Notes under the pieces: generated by a model
Seen by the model: the letters and a program-made list of their open reading frames with translations, nothing else
What the model was told of the DNA's origin: nothing
The model's database searches: none
Position numbers and translations under genes: made by a program
Shown: positions 26,553-39,514 of the stretch, piece by piece
How positions within the stretch are numbered: position 1 is the stretch's first letter
Layout of the letters: each line of letters opens with the position of its first letter
DNA from: Octopus vulgaris
Taxonomy: Eukaryota
Assembly: GCA_951406725.2 (NCBI GenBank)
Contig: OX597817.1
Coordinates: 86,242,001 to 86,306,000, forward strand
DNA length: 64,000 bases
Reading direction: 5' to 3'

Positions 26553-29288
26553 TCTCTATATATATAAAAAGCAGTCTGTCTGTCTGTCAGGTTGTACCCT
26601 CACCCTGACCACGGCTTTCAACCGATTCTGATGAAACTTGACACACACATAGCCCAATATCATAATTGAAAACTAACGCAGCAAAAATTTTGAAAAGTTC
26701 CCCCAGTTCTGAAAAAAATCGATAAATTTGACATAGGGTCGAGAATCTAAGCTTATCATATGCAACACATTTTCCGTTGTAGTTTTCACAACTTGCAATC
26801 GATTTTCACCAAACTCATGGTGAAGCTTAATGTTACCCTAAGGAACTTAATTCTGATGTTAGTCTTCCATGCAATACTTTACCATCAGAAAAAATCGATA
26901 AAATCGTGTCATTTTGGGAAATCGCGTTCAAATTCAAGATGACATATTTTCGACAATATCTTTAACAAATTGGCAGGAATTTTTTTGAAATTCACAGCAA
27001 GCATCGTGTCTGCTCCAAGGAGCTATATGGCCCTTTTGATTCCAATTGGATATGTTATTACTGGAAAAAAATCGGATACTTACATTATATGTGGCACACA
27101 TAGCAAACCGATTTTTCTGCGATATTTTTTTAAAGTTCACATAGATTTTCCCTACACCGATGTTGGACATCAAGTTTGCATTAAATGTCAAACTAACGAC
27201 CTTTTGTCAATGCAGTTAACAAGTATTGGGAGAAATCGACAAAACCATATCACTTTGAGACCGACCATGTGAACCTATAAAACTGACTTTTGTTAAATAG
27301 TTGGCAGATTTCAGGCGATTTAGTTGATTTTTGCCACTTTTATCATAAAGGTTACTAGAAATGGCATATGTTTTCCTTTTGCTTCAAATCCGAGCAATGT
27401 TGGGCTGTAGATGCGTTTGTGGTTGTGTGCGTGCATGTCCTTGACACGATGATTGCAGCTCTTCACATTGGTTCCCCAAATGGTGAACAATGCTCTCAAT
27501 TAAACACCCTTTGGCCAATCACATGCACTGACACACTCAGTTGTGCGCGTATAGTTTGTGACTCCCACTTCTCTCGGTTCACACCCACTCGCTTCACAAG
27601 TTGGCCTACTTCTGCTAATCGCTGCTGCAGCCGCGAATACTTTTTTTGTTTAAACTTTCTTTATAACTACCACCCCAAACGTTTTACCTTAAATTTTTGA
27701 TGTACCCTAAGGTACTTGCAAACTCTTGGTTTATTATAAGCCGCTTTTGTCGTGTGCACCAAAAAACCTTTTCCATTCGTTTGTTCAGTTTGGTCATTTT
27801 TTGCTTTTTCGTTGTTGTCACTCATATTGCTGCCCGCTTTTTTTTCCATTTTTGTACATTTTTATACATTTTGGGATACTTACCCCACATGTTCCTTTTT
27901 ATTACACCTTTGCCAAGGCATCGGCTGCTAGGGCTAGAAGGGCATGCGAGATCCACGAGGAAACCGCCTTGCGCCTCTCGCAAAAAGCTTCCCGTTCTGC
28001 TGCTGCTCAGGCATCTGAAACTACTAGCGACCGTCTACCCGACTTGCAAGGGCCGCAGCGTACGGATCTTCCCTCCACTCGAGGTTGACGAAAGAGCAAC
28101 AGTCCAGCCAAAACATGCGGGCTTCTTCCTGTGCTTCCATCCGCAGAGCTCACAAGAACTCTGAACAAAGAGCCATTCGGAATCCGGCTACCACCGCCAG
28201 GACACGATCTGTCGAAACCCCACAGCAGAGGAGAACTCACCAAGCTGTAGACGCCACAAACACAGCCATGGCTTGATCTGCTGAAACACCTCAACAGAGG
28301 AGAGCTCGCCAAGCTGCTAACGCCGCAAACACAGCCATAGCCTGATCTACCAAAACTGCAGACCAACGAACTATTCGGATATCCAGAGATGTCATTAACA
28401 CTGCTTCAGAGAGTGCTGAGGTGAGAGCTGAAAGGCTTTCAAGGAATTCCACTGCTACCGCTGTCGCACGCACATCTCAATCTGCTGAGGCATGGCACAC
28501 TTGACTTGAGAGTATCAACCAACGTCGGGATATCATTCATGGTGTATGTACCCCTACCCCCACTTTCTGGTTGTCACTAGCATTCAACTACAACGCCACA
28601 ATTAACTTCTCCTTGCATGACGACATCAAGATAGGGTCAATGACAATTGTATGCCAGTTTTGCAAAACCAAGAAATGGCCCGAAGAGCTACCTGGTTTGT
28701 GCTGCTCTGGTGACAAAGTGGACCTGCCACCCCTATGGGAACCACCTCAACTGTTGAAGGATCTCGCGGCGAGTTTAACCCCCGAATCGTCACAATTTCT
28801 TGAAATCATTTGAAAGTACAACTGCTCATTCCAAATGACCTCTTTCGGTGCCAAAAATTCTTCTAGAGAAGGCTTGATGCCTACTTTCAAAGGACTAGAT
28901 CGGGATTAGTTGTTGCCTACTAGATTAGGATTAGGTAGGGCTTAGCTGTGGTCCGAACCCAACTTGGGTTCGGGGGGGGGGGGCAGTGTCAAAAGGGCCG
29001 GCATGTGCAAACTTATCACCTCTGCCTGTCAAACTCCCAACCCATACGTTCCCGTCACGACACTGATCCCGCAGAACTGGGTTGGGTGTGCTAAACAAAA
29101 CCAGAAAATGCACTTTGACTGTCATAGATTTTCTTCATGCATGCAAGGGAACGGTGCCTTGAATGCCTTAATGCCTTTTAGGCTTCATTTTACAAAATAA
29201 CGGTTCAATGAGTACAAAAAAGGGTAAAGGGCATTGCTTATCAACAAAGTTTCTTACATACCCGGGCAACTCCGGGCTATGTTGCTAG
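26553..29288 (+). mobile_element. Internally deleted Helitron with degenerate RepHel N-terminus (STPR-like repeats plus zinc finger)
   Basis: A|TC start; 3' hairpin CCCGGGCAACTCCGGG then CTAG|T; ETPQQRR repeats at ~28200-28450; IGSMTIVCQFCKTKKWPEELPGLCCSGDKVDLPPL...YNCSFQMTSFGA...MPTFK at 28571-28891; no Rep or helicase motifs follow. Confidence 0.92.
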
Positions 29289-29997
29289 TTTCTTTTAAAA
29301 CTTAACTTTAGTGTCCATATCTGCCAACCTTACTACCTTTAAAAAGAGTTAAATTTGATATGCATTGGGGGGAAAAATGGGAGGATCATAACTAGCCCAA
29401 CTTTGATTACAGGTTTTCTCAAGCTAAATAACCATAGATCAATTCCAGATTTGTACAATCCTCAAAAACCCCAAAACATGGAATATCTGAAGTTAGTATG
29501 GAGTGATGGATCTGTCTGATACATCAAGGTAACTTGGCCTGTACTATGGCTGATTGGAGATATAACATCAATGTATAATAGTTTTGCTTTTAAACAAGAC
29601 AATACCTCAGAAAGCATTTCCAATAATCTTCCTGATACTTAAATTCGAGTTATTTGTCTGGACAATACAGGAATCTGTTCCACGGCTGTTAGGATCTGAA
29701 AATTCCTTGTTTGTACAGAAATATTGTTACAAACAGGAAAAAAAAAATGCTGAAGGGCTTAAGACCAGCCTTTGAATGGTAAATAGTTACCGAAACCAAT
29801 GTTTCTTTTTGTGGTGGGTGGAATAGTTGTTTGTTTAAGAATCACTGATGTAAACTACATTATTTGTACATACTGCTCAAGAGCCACACTGTAGACAAAC
29901 CAGACAATTGCCTACAGCACTAAAATCTGAAGGTCTCACACAAATTGTAAACAATGTAGACAAAAATTTTAATCCAGTTAAAAATACAAAAATTTAG

Positions 29998-30210
29998 TGA
30001 TAAACAGAATTATGAAAGGGGCATATATACATTCATACATACATTCAGACACAACACACACTCACACACCCACACACACATATATGCACATATATATCTG
30101 TGTGTGTGTGTATACATGTTTGTGTTATTTTCAAAGAATGTAAAAAAAAGAGGGAAAAAATTTTTACACTTTTCTTTTAAAACTTAACCTTAGTTTCCAT
30201 ATCTGTCAAC
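29998..30210 (+). repeat. Diverged local duplicate of the Helitron flanks (empty site)
   Basis: Matches ~26425-26552 joined directly to 29289-29328. Confidence 0.85.
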
Positions 30211-30452
30211 AATAATTCCTGTAATTGTTTTGATAATATTTTAGCAAAAAACTGAATCATCACAATCTAACCTATTGAATATCATATATTGTAGACTGTG
30301 TATTATAAAGCTACAGCTCCTGCATGTATTCAACAAACATTCATAACTAAGAGGAGTGCACACTGTATGACTGACACAGGACACTGAATACCATAGCACT
30401 GGTGATGCAAACATGTAGACTTGATGTACTTGATCACATTTGAAGAGCTTAA

Positions 30453-30655
30453 CCCTTTAGCATTTAAACTAGCCATATCTGGCCAAAATAATCCACCTGT
30501 TTTCATCTTCAAACTGGCCAGATCCAGCCTCTTATACTTATCCTACAATATTATTTGTTATGTTGTTGAAATGTCAAAGCTACAAGATAATGCATGACTA
30601 ATTCAAATGAATGTAAATAAATAAGCATTATATTTGAAAGAGAAATCTGAATGCT
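30453..30655. mobile_element. piggyBac-like MITE of a second family, right end damaged
   Basis: TTAA|CCCTTTAGCATT ... AATGCT. Confidence 0.55.
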
Positions 30656-31799
30656 TAACCTCGCCTGGCTTAAGCAGTTATCTTCAAAATTTGATGTTTT
30701 CAAGAATAAAAAAAAAGGGACCATTTAACATCTTTTATGTTCTAAATTTATTTATCATTTTATATTTGAATTTTTCCCTGTACTGCTGCTAAGCATTTTG
30801 TTTGGTGCACATAGTTTGTGAATATAAATTTGAGATAGAACAGAGTTCAGTACAAATTAATAGATTTTGTTTACAACAACCAAATGCTTAAAGAAAATGT
30901 TTGATCAGCTAAAGTGGATATTGGAAGATTTATCAATAACAGCTGGCAAATTGTACAAATCTCTGGCTTGTTTGGTGTTAGGTGAATCTATCAAAAAGTC
31001 AATCACACAGTCTGTTTAAATAGCTCCCCAAAATTACTCACAGACTACTATTCATTGATTGCCTAAAATAATACACCCGACAATGTTAAGACTAATGTGT
31101 TGGTGAGTATGGGTCAGAGACTACTAGTTTCTGACAGGTAACACATGTGACAAGGTGGTGAAGCTAATCTGTCATCTGCAAAAGGTTGCTGCATTAACCC
31201 ACTCCTCAAAGATTGTTGGGAAAACAGCCTTCAGTGAGAATTAACATAAAGCAAAGGTAGTGAAAATTGAACTATAATGCAAAAGTACTAACAGGACTCA
31301 ATGATAAAAATGACTAGTCATGCAAGAGTGCAACAGAAAAATACCATATATGTATGCACAAGTTGCAAAAGGTTCAAAGTAGAATTACAAATGTGCAATA
31401 TAGAAATCTGCATAGTGTGTGTGCCAGCTACAAGTGAGATCAATGTCTGTGTGCATGAGTGTGCACAGCTCAAGTGAATCTATAGAAATTCAACATAGCA
31501 TGGGCTTTCAAACAAATGTGTTTGCAGACAGGTGAAATGAACAATGATATTAAAATTTTGTAAAAATATATTTATGACTTGCTTTCATACTGCTACTACT
31601 GTGCCTCCTGTGCTGTTGGAACAGAGATAAAAATCTGTTTCATTAGAAAAATGGTTGTTTGTTTAAAAATTTCCAGATACCAATTGTAGGCTGATTCATA
31701 GCAGTTCAATCAGAAAGTTGCTGCTTCTTTAAAAACCCAGAGTACCATTTTTAAGAAACTAAAAGCATTTTTTGTAGGGATAACAATAATAATAGACTA

Positions 31800-32281
31800 T
31801 ACATGACTGTTTGTTTTAATTCCCACATACCTGTTCTTTATATAGTCTTCACATCTTTTGTCTCTCTGAAGCACTCGAGAGTCGTTTGCACTGCACATCA
31901 AGAACATTTTATCTTCTGAGCCATTTGCCTTTGAGACATTCCATCTTCATGATGATCTACAATTTGATCTCACTCACGCTCACTTAACTCCCTTGTTTTA
32001 GACATTTTACTGTTTATTAACTGTATCTATAATGTATTTTAGCATAAATCTCTGAAATAATCAAGAATTCATAAGTTAATTTTGGACGTTGGTCTTACTC
32101 ATAATTGGTTACATATGTACAGTACAGTATAAAAGTAGTAATTGATGCTTAAGAAGGGTCAACAAGATATTAAAACTAATGTCTATTGTGAAATATGCCA
32201 TAATATACCACGTGCACGAGTTCCATTAACATAGCTGAACCATAAAACATTGGGGTGGCCTAATACTTTTGGCCAAGGCTG
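31800..32281 (-). mobile_element. Tc1-like transposon relic (one end plus N-terminal HTH)
   Basis: From ATG 32005: MSKTRELSERE*DQIVDHHEDGMSQRQMAQKIKCS*CAVQTTLECFRET; TA|CAGCCTTGGCCAAAAGTATTAGGCC terminus at 32281. Confidence 0.75.
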
Positions 32282-32334
32282 TAAGGTGTGTGTTTATTTG
32301 GCAAAAAAAAAAAAAAGACCATCCTGAAATACAA

Positions 32335-33629
32335 CATCATCATCATCATCATTTAGCGTCTGCTTTCCATGCTAGCATGGGTTGGACGGTTCGACTGGGG
32401 TCTGGGAAGCCAGAAGGCTGCACCAGGCCCAGTCTGATCTGGTAATGTTTCTACGGCTGGATGCCCTTCCTAACGCCAACCACTCCATGAGTGTAGTGAG
32501 TGCTTTTTACGTGCCACCAGCACGGGGGCCAGGCGAGGTTGGCAACGGCCACGATCGGATGGTGCTTTTTACATCCCACAGACACGGGGACCAGGCGAGA
32601 GGCTGGCAATGGCCACGATCGGATGGTGCTTTTTATGTACCACCGGCACGGAAGCCCATTGGGGCGGCGCTAGCAACGGCCAAGTTCGGATGGTTTGCTT
32701 ACGTGCCACCGGCACTGGTATCACAGCTACAATTTCCATTGATGTTGATCGATTTCGATTTTGATTTCCACTTGCCTCAACAGGTCTTCACAAGTAGAGT
32801 TTTGTGTCCCAAGAAGGAAAGGTATGCATAAGTGGACTGGCTACATCCCAGGTAGAGGCCATGGGTTATGGTCTCACTTGTCCTGCCGGGTCTTCTCACG
32901 CACAGCATACTTCCATAGGTCTCGGTCTCTAGTCATTTCCTCGGTGAGACCTAAAGTTCGGAGGTCGTGCTTCACCACCTCATCCCAAGTTTTCCTGGGT
33001 CTACCTCTTCCACAGGTTCCCTCAACTGCTAGGGTGTGGCACTTTTTCACACAACTATCTTCAGCCATTCTCGTCACATGACCATACCAGTGCAAACATC
33101 TTTCTTGCACACCACAACTGATGCTTCTTAGGTCCAGCTTTTCTCTCAAGGTACTTACACTCTGTCGAGTATGAACACTGACATTACACATCCATCGGAG
33201 CATACTGGCTTCATTTCTTGCGAGCTTACACATATCCTCAGCAGTCACGGCCCATGTTTCACTGCCATGTAGCATGGCTGTTCGTACACATGCATCATAC
33301 AGTCTGCCTTTTACTCTGAGCGAGAGGCCTTTTGTCACCAGCAGGGGTAAGAGCTCTCTGAACTTTGCCCGGGCTATTCTTACTCTAGCAGTTACACTTT
33401 CAGCACACTCACCCCCGCTACTGACTTGGTCACCTAGGTAACAGAAGCTATCAACTATTTCTAGTTTTTCTCCCTGGAATGTGGTGGAAGTTGGTCTCTG
33501 CACATTTTCAGTGTTTATTGCTTCTGAGCATCTGCCACATACAAAAACTATTTTCCTTGTTAGCCTTCCTTTGACATTGCTGCACCTCTTATGTGTCCAT
33601 AGCTTACACTTGGTGCATCTTATAGAGTT
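32335..33629 (-). mobile_element. 5'-truncated RTE LINE (C-terminal ORF plus 3' UTR)
   Basis: ORF 32874-33650 is nearly identical to the C-terminal part of 44292-46538; (CAT)n at the left end; 5' end abuts (TA)n. Confidence 0.95.
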
Positions 33630-33785
33630 ATATATACATATATATAACAATTATTGTTACATATAACAATATATATATATATACACACATACATTCAATT
33701 AAAGGTTAAATTAGTCTCATTAAGGTGTGGTATCATACAATGAATTACTGGTTTAATACTTAATACTTGTTGTGAATAATAATAT

Positions 33786-34809
33786 TGTTATGAGGGGACC
33801 TCCGTCGAACGAAAGCTGTTACGGAATCCCTCACACAGGCCCGTTCGATGCAGCGAATGTTTGCCACGGAAACTCGGAGAGGAGAGAGAGATACAACAAC
33901 AACAGCAGCAGCAGCCGCATAGAGGCACACAGAGGCAATCGAGAGAGACACAAATAGAAAAGGCAATTGGCTTACATTTAACAACTAGTTTATATGACTA
34001 TTAATTGTTACAACATCAAATACATATCAGATACATTTAAAAGAGGACATGCAAGTAACATCATACAGGTCAAAGCATTTAAACTGTCCGGTAACAACAC
34101 ATTAAATTCAATAACAACAGCATTTCAAGAGTACACGTCCGGAGACAACAGTTCTGTTTCAAATCACATTAAAGTTACAGTTCAAAGGACATTAAAGGCC
34201 TATACAGTTCAATGTTCATTACACAGTTCTCTTTCCAACAACTCTGTACACAATGTCTTTACACAGTTCACATTGCTCTTTTCACTGTCTCATTTCTTTT
34301 CAACAGTCTCTTTACATCGATTCTTTTTCCTTCTTTTTCTTCACATATCAATACACAATTCACGTACCCCTATTCCTACTAGAATAGCCAGTGTCTCATA
34401 TTGCACCTCATCTCTCTCAGTACTGCTAACTCCAACTTGCTAAACGCTTGCCTTGAATTCCAAATCCTCGCTCCTAAATCCAACCGCTCACCTTGACGAC
34501 CAAATACCGACTGCCCAAAACCTCTTGCTCTGTCACTACCCTCAATCTCTCTCTTAGCTCTAATACTCTCTCTATCGCCGCTCAGATTCCTTAATCTGTC
34601 TTCCTCACTACTTTCTTCTTCCTCTTCTTCACTGTCTCTCACACACTGAACTGCTTACTTAAGGGGGAAGCCCTCCAAATGAACCCTAATTCACCCGAAG
34701 GGGTCGGGGAGTCTCCCCAGAGCTAATTAATCAACCCGCATCCGGCAGAACAATGGATTCATTGCCAAATCTAGGTCGCCGGCTCTGTCCTTAAGTTGAA
34801 CTCACAACA
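33786..34809. mobile_element. Solo LTR, Gypsy-like
   Basis: TGTTATGAG...CTCACAACA termini (8 of 9 inverted match), 4-bp TSD ATAT on both sides, no internal gag/pol. Confidence 0.75.
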
Positions 34810-34842
34810 ATATTATTCATAAAACAATAGGTTTATATATAA

Positions 34843-35137
34843 ATCATGGTTTATAATCATTCAAAAGAAAGTAAGAAAATGGAGATATATCAGTTAATAG
34901 AAATTTATTATCTGCAAAAGTCAAATATGGTCCCTTGCAACCGCTTCAATTAAGCCTAATAGATTAAATAGTAATTAATAAAATCATTATATTGGACAAA
35001 TTCTCTTCAGAAGCTAGAAGAAAGATATACCATTAGGTTTTTAAGTGTTGTATTTTAGAATCATTAGTAGATGATATTATTATTAAATGTTACATCTCCA
35101 TTTTCTTACTTTTTTTTGAATGATTATAAACCATGAT
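34843..35137. repeat. 44-bp inverted repeat (34843-34886 / 35094-35137) around a PLE-like tail relic
   Basis: ATCATGGTTTATAATCATTCAAAAGAAAGTAAGAAAATGGAGAT and its reverse complement with one mismatch. Confidence 0.8.
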
Positions 35138-35255
35138 ATACATATATATATGTATACGTATATATTTTTGATAAAAATAGTTATTCCCCTCTACACACAC
35201 ACATACACATATATACATACCCACATACATTCATATATGCATACACACATAAATA

Positions 35256-35829
35256 TTGGGTTGTCCGGAAAGTTTGTGCCGATTTTTAAAGGAAAGAAAA
35301 AGGTCAATAAATACTTGCCATTACCCAAGCTTTACCAGGTGCTCATGAACGACAGATTTTGATAGGTTGAGGCTTTCTGCCAATTCTCAGGTTGTGCAAT
35401 GTGGGTTATTCTCAATTAATGACTTGATTTGGTCACCATCTGTAGTGGATGGTCTGCCTGATCGCTCTTTATCAATAAGGCTACAATCTCCAGCTTGGAA
35501 CCTTGCGAACCACTTCCGTACAGTTCTTTCGGATAAAGAAACATCACTGTAAACTGCGCATATTTCTTTGGTTGCTTGTGAGACATTTTTCCCTTTACAG
35601 AAAAAGAAAAGCATCAAGTGCCGAAAATGAACTTTCTTATCTTCCATTTTAAAGGGTTACAGAATTAACACAAGGTATAGGAACATAAACCTTCTTCCAT
35701 GAAAAGATAGTTTAAACTGTGCTCTAAATGGAGGTGTAGTCAAATCCTATTTTATGGATTCAACCATGTTCTAAAATAAGTTGAAAGGTAAGCTACTATA
35801 AATTGGCACGAACTTTCCGGATAACCCAG
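35256..35829 (-). mobile_element. Internally deleted mariner, same family as 58811-60070
   Basis: TA|TTGGGTTGTCCGGAAAGTT... TIRs with TA on both sides; ORF 35387-35647 MEDKKVHFRH... encodes the HTH region only. Confidence 0.93.
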
Positions 35830-36719
35830 TACATTGATATTACATACATAAAGAAAAAAGATGAAAGGTCCTTCCTAAGCAATAGGTTCGTAAGGCCAGT
35901 TTCTCAGATTCTGTGGCATAGGTATTCTGCCCACTCCTGGATGGGATGCCAGTCTGTCACAGGATTACTCCTTTTTGCTAGCTGAGTGGACTGGAGCAAC
36001 ATGTACTGAAGTATTTTGCACAAGAACTCTATGCATCATCCAATCCAGGAATTGAAGTCCCAGTCTTACAATCAATAGTGCCACCTTAACCACTAAGGCA
36101 TGTGCCTCCACAAATACACACACACAGAGGTATGTGTGTGTTTCAAAATTTAAATTCTCAAGACCAAAAGTTCAACACAAATTCCACACAACTTTGCTAC
36201 ATTTACCCTCACATACAAAAGCAATCTCAGAAACATTCCTCCACCCCAATTAAAACCACACACACACACAACACAAATTCACCAGACATATAGCAAAGAG
36301 GAAAAAGAGACAATGTGAAATAGTGCTAAGATGTAGGAGGGGGTTTATTGTCAACAGACACTGTGATGGGTGAACTTTGAGAAACAAATTGATCTATTAA
36401 TTACTCAATCAATTAATTCCATATCCTTAAAAATCTTGCCATTATGTGGAATTCCATAATCTAAAGCTTATTTTCCTATTGATTTCCATGTTGTATAATT
36501 GATATGTCATTTTTGTATTTAGTTTGCAAGAATCTTGATGTGAAGCTATTGGTTGAAACAGATTTTGTTGTATGTTGTGAGGGTCATTATACTAGTTATA
36601 ATACACACACTTGTCCTATTTCACTCCTCTTCTTGCCCATCCTCACCACCACCACGCATCTTATTATTTTCATATACACACAACAGATTAGATTGTTGGA
36701 AAAGAAAAACTCCTAACAC

Positions 36720-37500
36720 TGGGCTACAACAAATATTCATAGATGCCAGGAACCCTCCTAAGTATCCTAGCTGTCCCTAATAAAACTGGTTTCTGGAGCT
36801 GTACTAAACTGGGCTTTATGCCTATTTCCTCTATCCATCTGTTCATATCTTTAGGGATAGTTCCAAATGCACCTATAACTACAGGGATACATTTTACCTG
36901 CACATTCAATAGTGTCTATAATTCAATGGCTAGATCCTGGTACTTTGCTATTTTTTCTATTCTTCTCATATTGATTTTTTTAATCATTTGGGGCTGTAAG
37001 GTCAATTACCTGGCATTTTCTATTCTCATTATCTGCTACTACTAAATCAGGCCTTCTAGCTTCTATTACTCTGTCAGGTTGAATGTTAAAGTTCCACAAC
37101 ATCTTGTATTTATTACTTTCTAGTACTTTACTGGTTTAATGTTCATACCATTTATTAGTATGTTTAAATCCTAGCTTTCTACATAACTCCCAGTGGATTA
37201 CTCTCCCTAGGTTGTTGTGTCTTTTCTTGTATTCTTTCTGTGCCAACACACTACATTCACTTACTATATGAGTAATGCTTTCCTCTTATTGATTTGCATA
37301 ACCTACATTGGGAATCTACTTTGTTTTTGTCTATCTTGGTTTTTATCCAATTTGTCCTTAATGCCTGATCTTGTGCAGCTGCTAACAAACTTTCTGTCTC
37401 CCTTTTCAGCTTTCCTTTCTGCAACCATAGCCATATCTCACTACTACTATTTTCTGCAACTATCTTTGGGAATCTACCATGCAACACCTTCTCCTGCCAG
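36720..37500 (-). mobile_element. R4/Dong-like non-LTR retrotransposon 3' fragment (CCHC plus restriction-like endonuclease)
   Basis: WLQKGKLKRETESLLAAAQDQALRTN...CRLC, LWNFNIQPDRVIEARRPDLVV, KYQDLAIEL, IPVVIGAFG...QKPVLLGTARILRRV. Confidence 0.85.
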
Positions 37501-37627
37501 TCAGATAATTTCTGTTCTATTTTCTGGTTTTTAACTTCATTTGGGTTTTTGGTTCCCTATGTCTTGCTGTGACTCTAGGTGTTGCCTTGGCAGAAGTTTC
37601 CACTCTTGTTGTTGTTATTATTATTAT

Positions 37628-37984
37628 TACCTCCACCTTTGCAAAGGTGGAGGTATTGCTTTCAGCCATGTTTGCTTGTTTGTTTGTCCGTGGACAAGAT
37701 ATCTCAAGAATCGCTGGATGGATTTGGATGAAACTTTCAGGAATGTTTGACCTCATGACTGGCATGAGCTGATTAGATTTTGGGATTGATCTGGTACCTG
37801 ACAAGGATTCTGGATTATTTTTCTGTTTTTTTACTTGATTTTTGAGAGCAGTTGGGTTCATTTTTAGTATTCTTGTTTGTGAGAACAGTCGAATTTATTT
37901 CAGATATTCTCATTTTAAAATTCATCTTGAGCTAATTGTTGGTGTTGCCTTGGCAGAGGTTTGTGCTCTCTGAGTGCTCTTGTT
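37628..37984 (+). mobile_element. HINE/DINE-1-like non-autonomous Helentron
   Basis: 5' palindrome TACCTCCACCTTTGCAAAGGTGGAGGTA, (GTTT)n tract, 3' subterminal CCTTGGCAGAGGT, 3' stem-loop-like GTGCTCTCTGAGTGC; sits in a TTA-rich site. Confidence 0.75.
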
Positions 37985-38577
37985 ATTATCATTATAAAGA
38001 GTGCATGGCTTAGTGGCTAAGGTGTTGCATTCATGATCGCTAGATTGTGATTTCAATTTCTAGACCAGGTGGTACATTGTGTTCTTGAACAAATCATTTC
38101 ATCTCACATTGCTCAACACCTGATGTATGGTACACAGTGCACCTGAAGGAAATGAGCTAATGTGTGGCATGAACATTTGATCACTATAAACAAATCATTT
38201 GTGCAGGCCATTCAGCAAAAGCTGAATGCTCATACATTGCTTTCAACAGGCGAGTTCATCATTGTTATTATTATTATTGTTAGGGTGGTGAGTTTGCTGA
38301 ATCCTTAGCACACTGTCAAAATGTTAATCAGTATTTCATCTGTCTTTATGTACTGAGTCCAAATTTCACCAAGTTCAACATTGCTTTTCATCCTTCTGGG
38401 GCTCAATATAAAAAGTACCAGCTGATCACTGCATTCAATCTAAATGACTATCCCGTCCCCTAAAATTTCAGGCCTTGTGCCTATGGAAGATAGGATTATT
38501 ATTATTATTATTATTATTAAAGTGGTCAGTTGGCAGAATCATTTAGTGTCTATTGACAATAGGTATTAATTATAGAC

Positions 38578-38744
38578 ACTAGGCATGGTTGTGTGATTAG
38601 AAGTTTTCTTCCCAACCACATGGTTCTGGGTTCAGTCCCACGCATGGTATCTTTGGTATCTGTCTCCTATTATAGCCCCAGGCTGGCCAAAGCCTTAGAA
38701 GAGCTTGGGGGAAAGAAAGCTGGTGGTACTTTATTAGCATACAT
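38578..38744 (+). mobile_element. SINE 5' half whose central segment is replaced by a 48-nt foreign sequence
   Basis: tRNA-like head up to ...CCAAAGCCTT, then 38697-38744, which matches 51698-51745 at 46 of 48 positions. Confidence 0.8.
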
Positions 38745-38755
38745 GTGTGTATGTG

Positions 38756-38791
<36 letters not shown>

Positions 38792-39074
38792 CATGTGTGT
38801 GTATATATTCATACATACATACCACAAAACCTTTTCATACGAGCAACACTGATTCCATGGCTCCATACTTTGAAATGACTAAACATGAACTGCTATTGGA
38901 ACTTACATACCATGTACAGGAAAATTTTTTACCACTTCTCTACACCATTTTCTTTGAATAATGGAACTGCAACTACAATATCTTTATATATCTTATTTCT
39001 ACTTTCATTTTCTTATTTCCCTCTATATTCCCTATATTTCCACAATAATTTGAACTCAGATATTTACTCACATC

Positions 39075-39122
39075 GTCTCTGATGAAGGGATATCCATAAT
39101 ATCCCAGAAACAGATGTAAGAC
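39075..39122 (+). ncRNA. Type I minimal hammerhead ribozyme motif in a probable PLE tail (~38820-39190)
   Basis: GTCT-CTGATGA-A-GGGATAT-CCATA-ATATCCC-A-GAAA-C-AGAT-GTA|AGAC; stem I 4 bp, stem II 7 bp, GUA triplet, A.A mismatch at the base of stem II. Confidence 0.65.
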
Positions 39123-39483
39123 TATTTCATTATAAATGTCTTGAAAACTCCTCACAGTCTTGGGTTTGTTATCTCACTCTGTCTAATATATATATATGTG
39201 TGTGTGTATTTGTGTATGTGTATGTATGTATGTGTGTAAGTGTGTGTGTATGTGTTCATGTCTCTTTGTCTTGACATCAAGTGACAGTTGTAAATGAGTG
39301 TTACTGTCACAGAAGCAGTGTTATTCATTTCCAGTACTCCACAAAAACATGTCTAGCTTTGGGAAATATTACCTTTCCTGGAAACAGGTGAGGGTTGGCA
39401 ACAAGAAGGGCATCTAGCCATTGAAAATCAGCCTCAAATAAACTTCATCCAATCCATGCAAGCATGGAAAAGAGGATATTAAG

Positions 39484-39514
<31 letters not shown>

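Noticed and set aside
27697-28164. 155-aa hydrophobic ORF, possible captured gene
   Set aside because: T-rich sequence inside the Helitron with no domain motif; probably a chance frame.
34379-34642. 87-aa acidic/Arg-rich ORF
   Set aside because: Derived from the CT-rich interior of the solo LTR.
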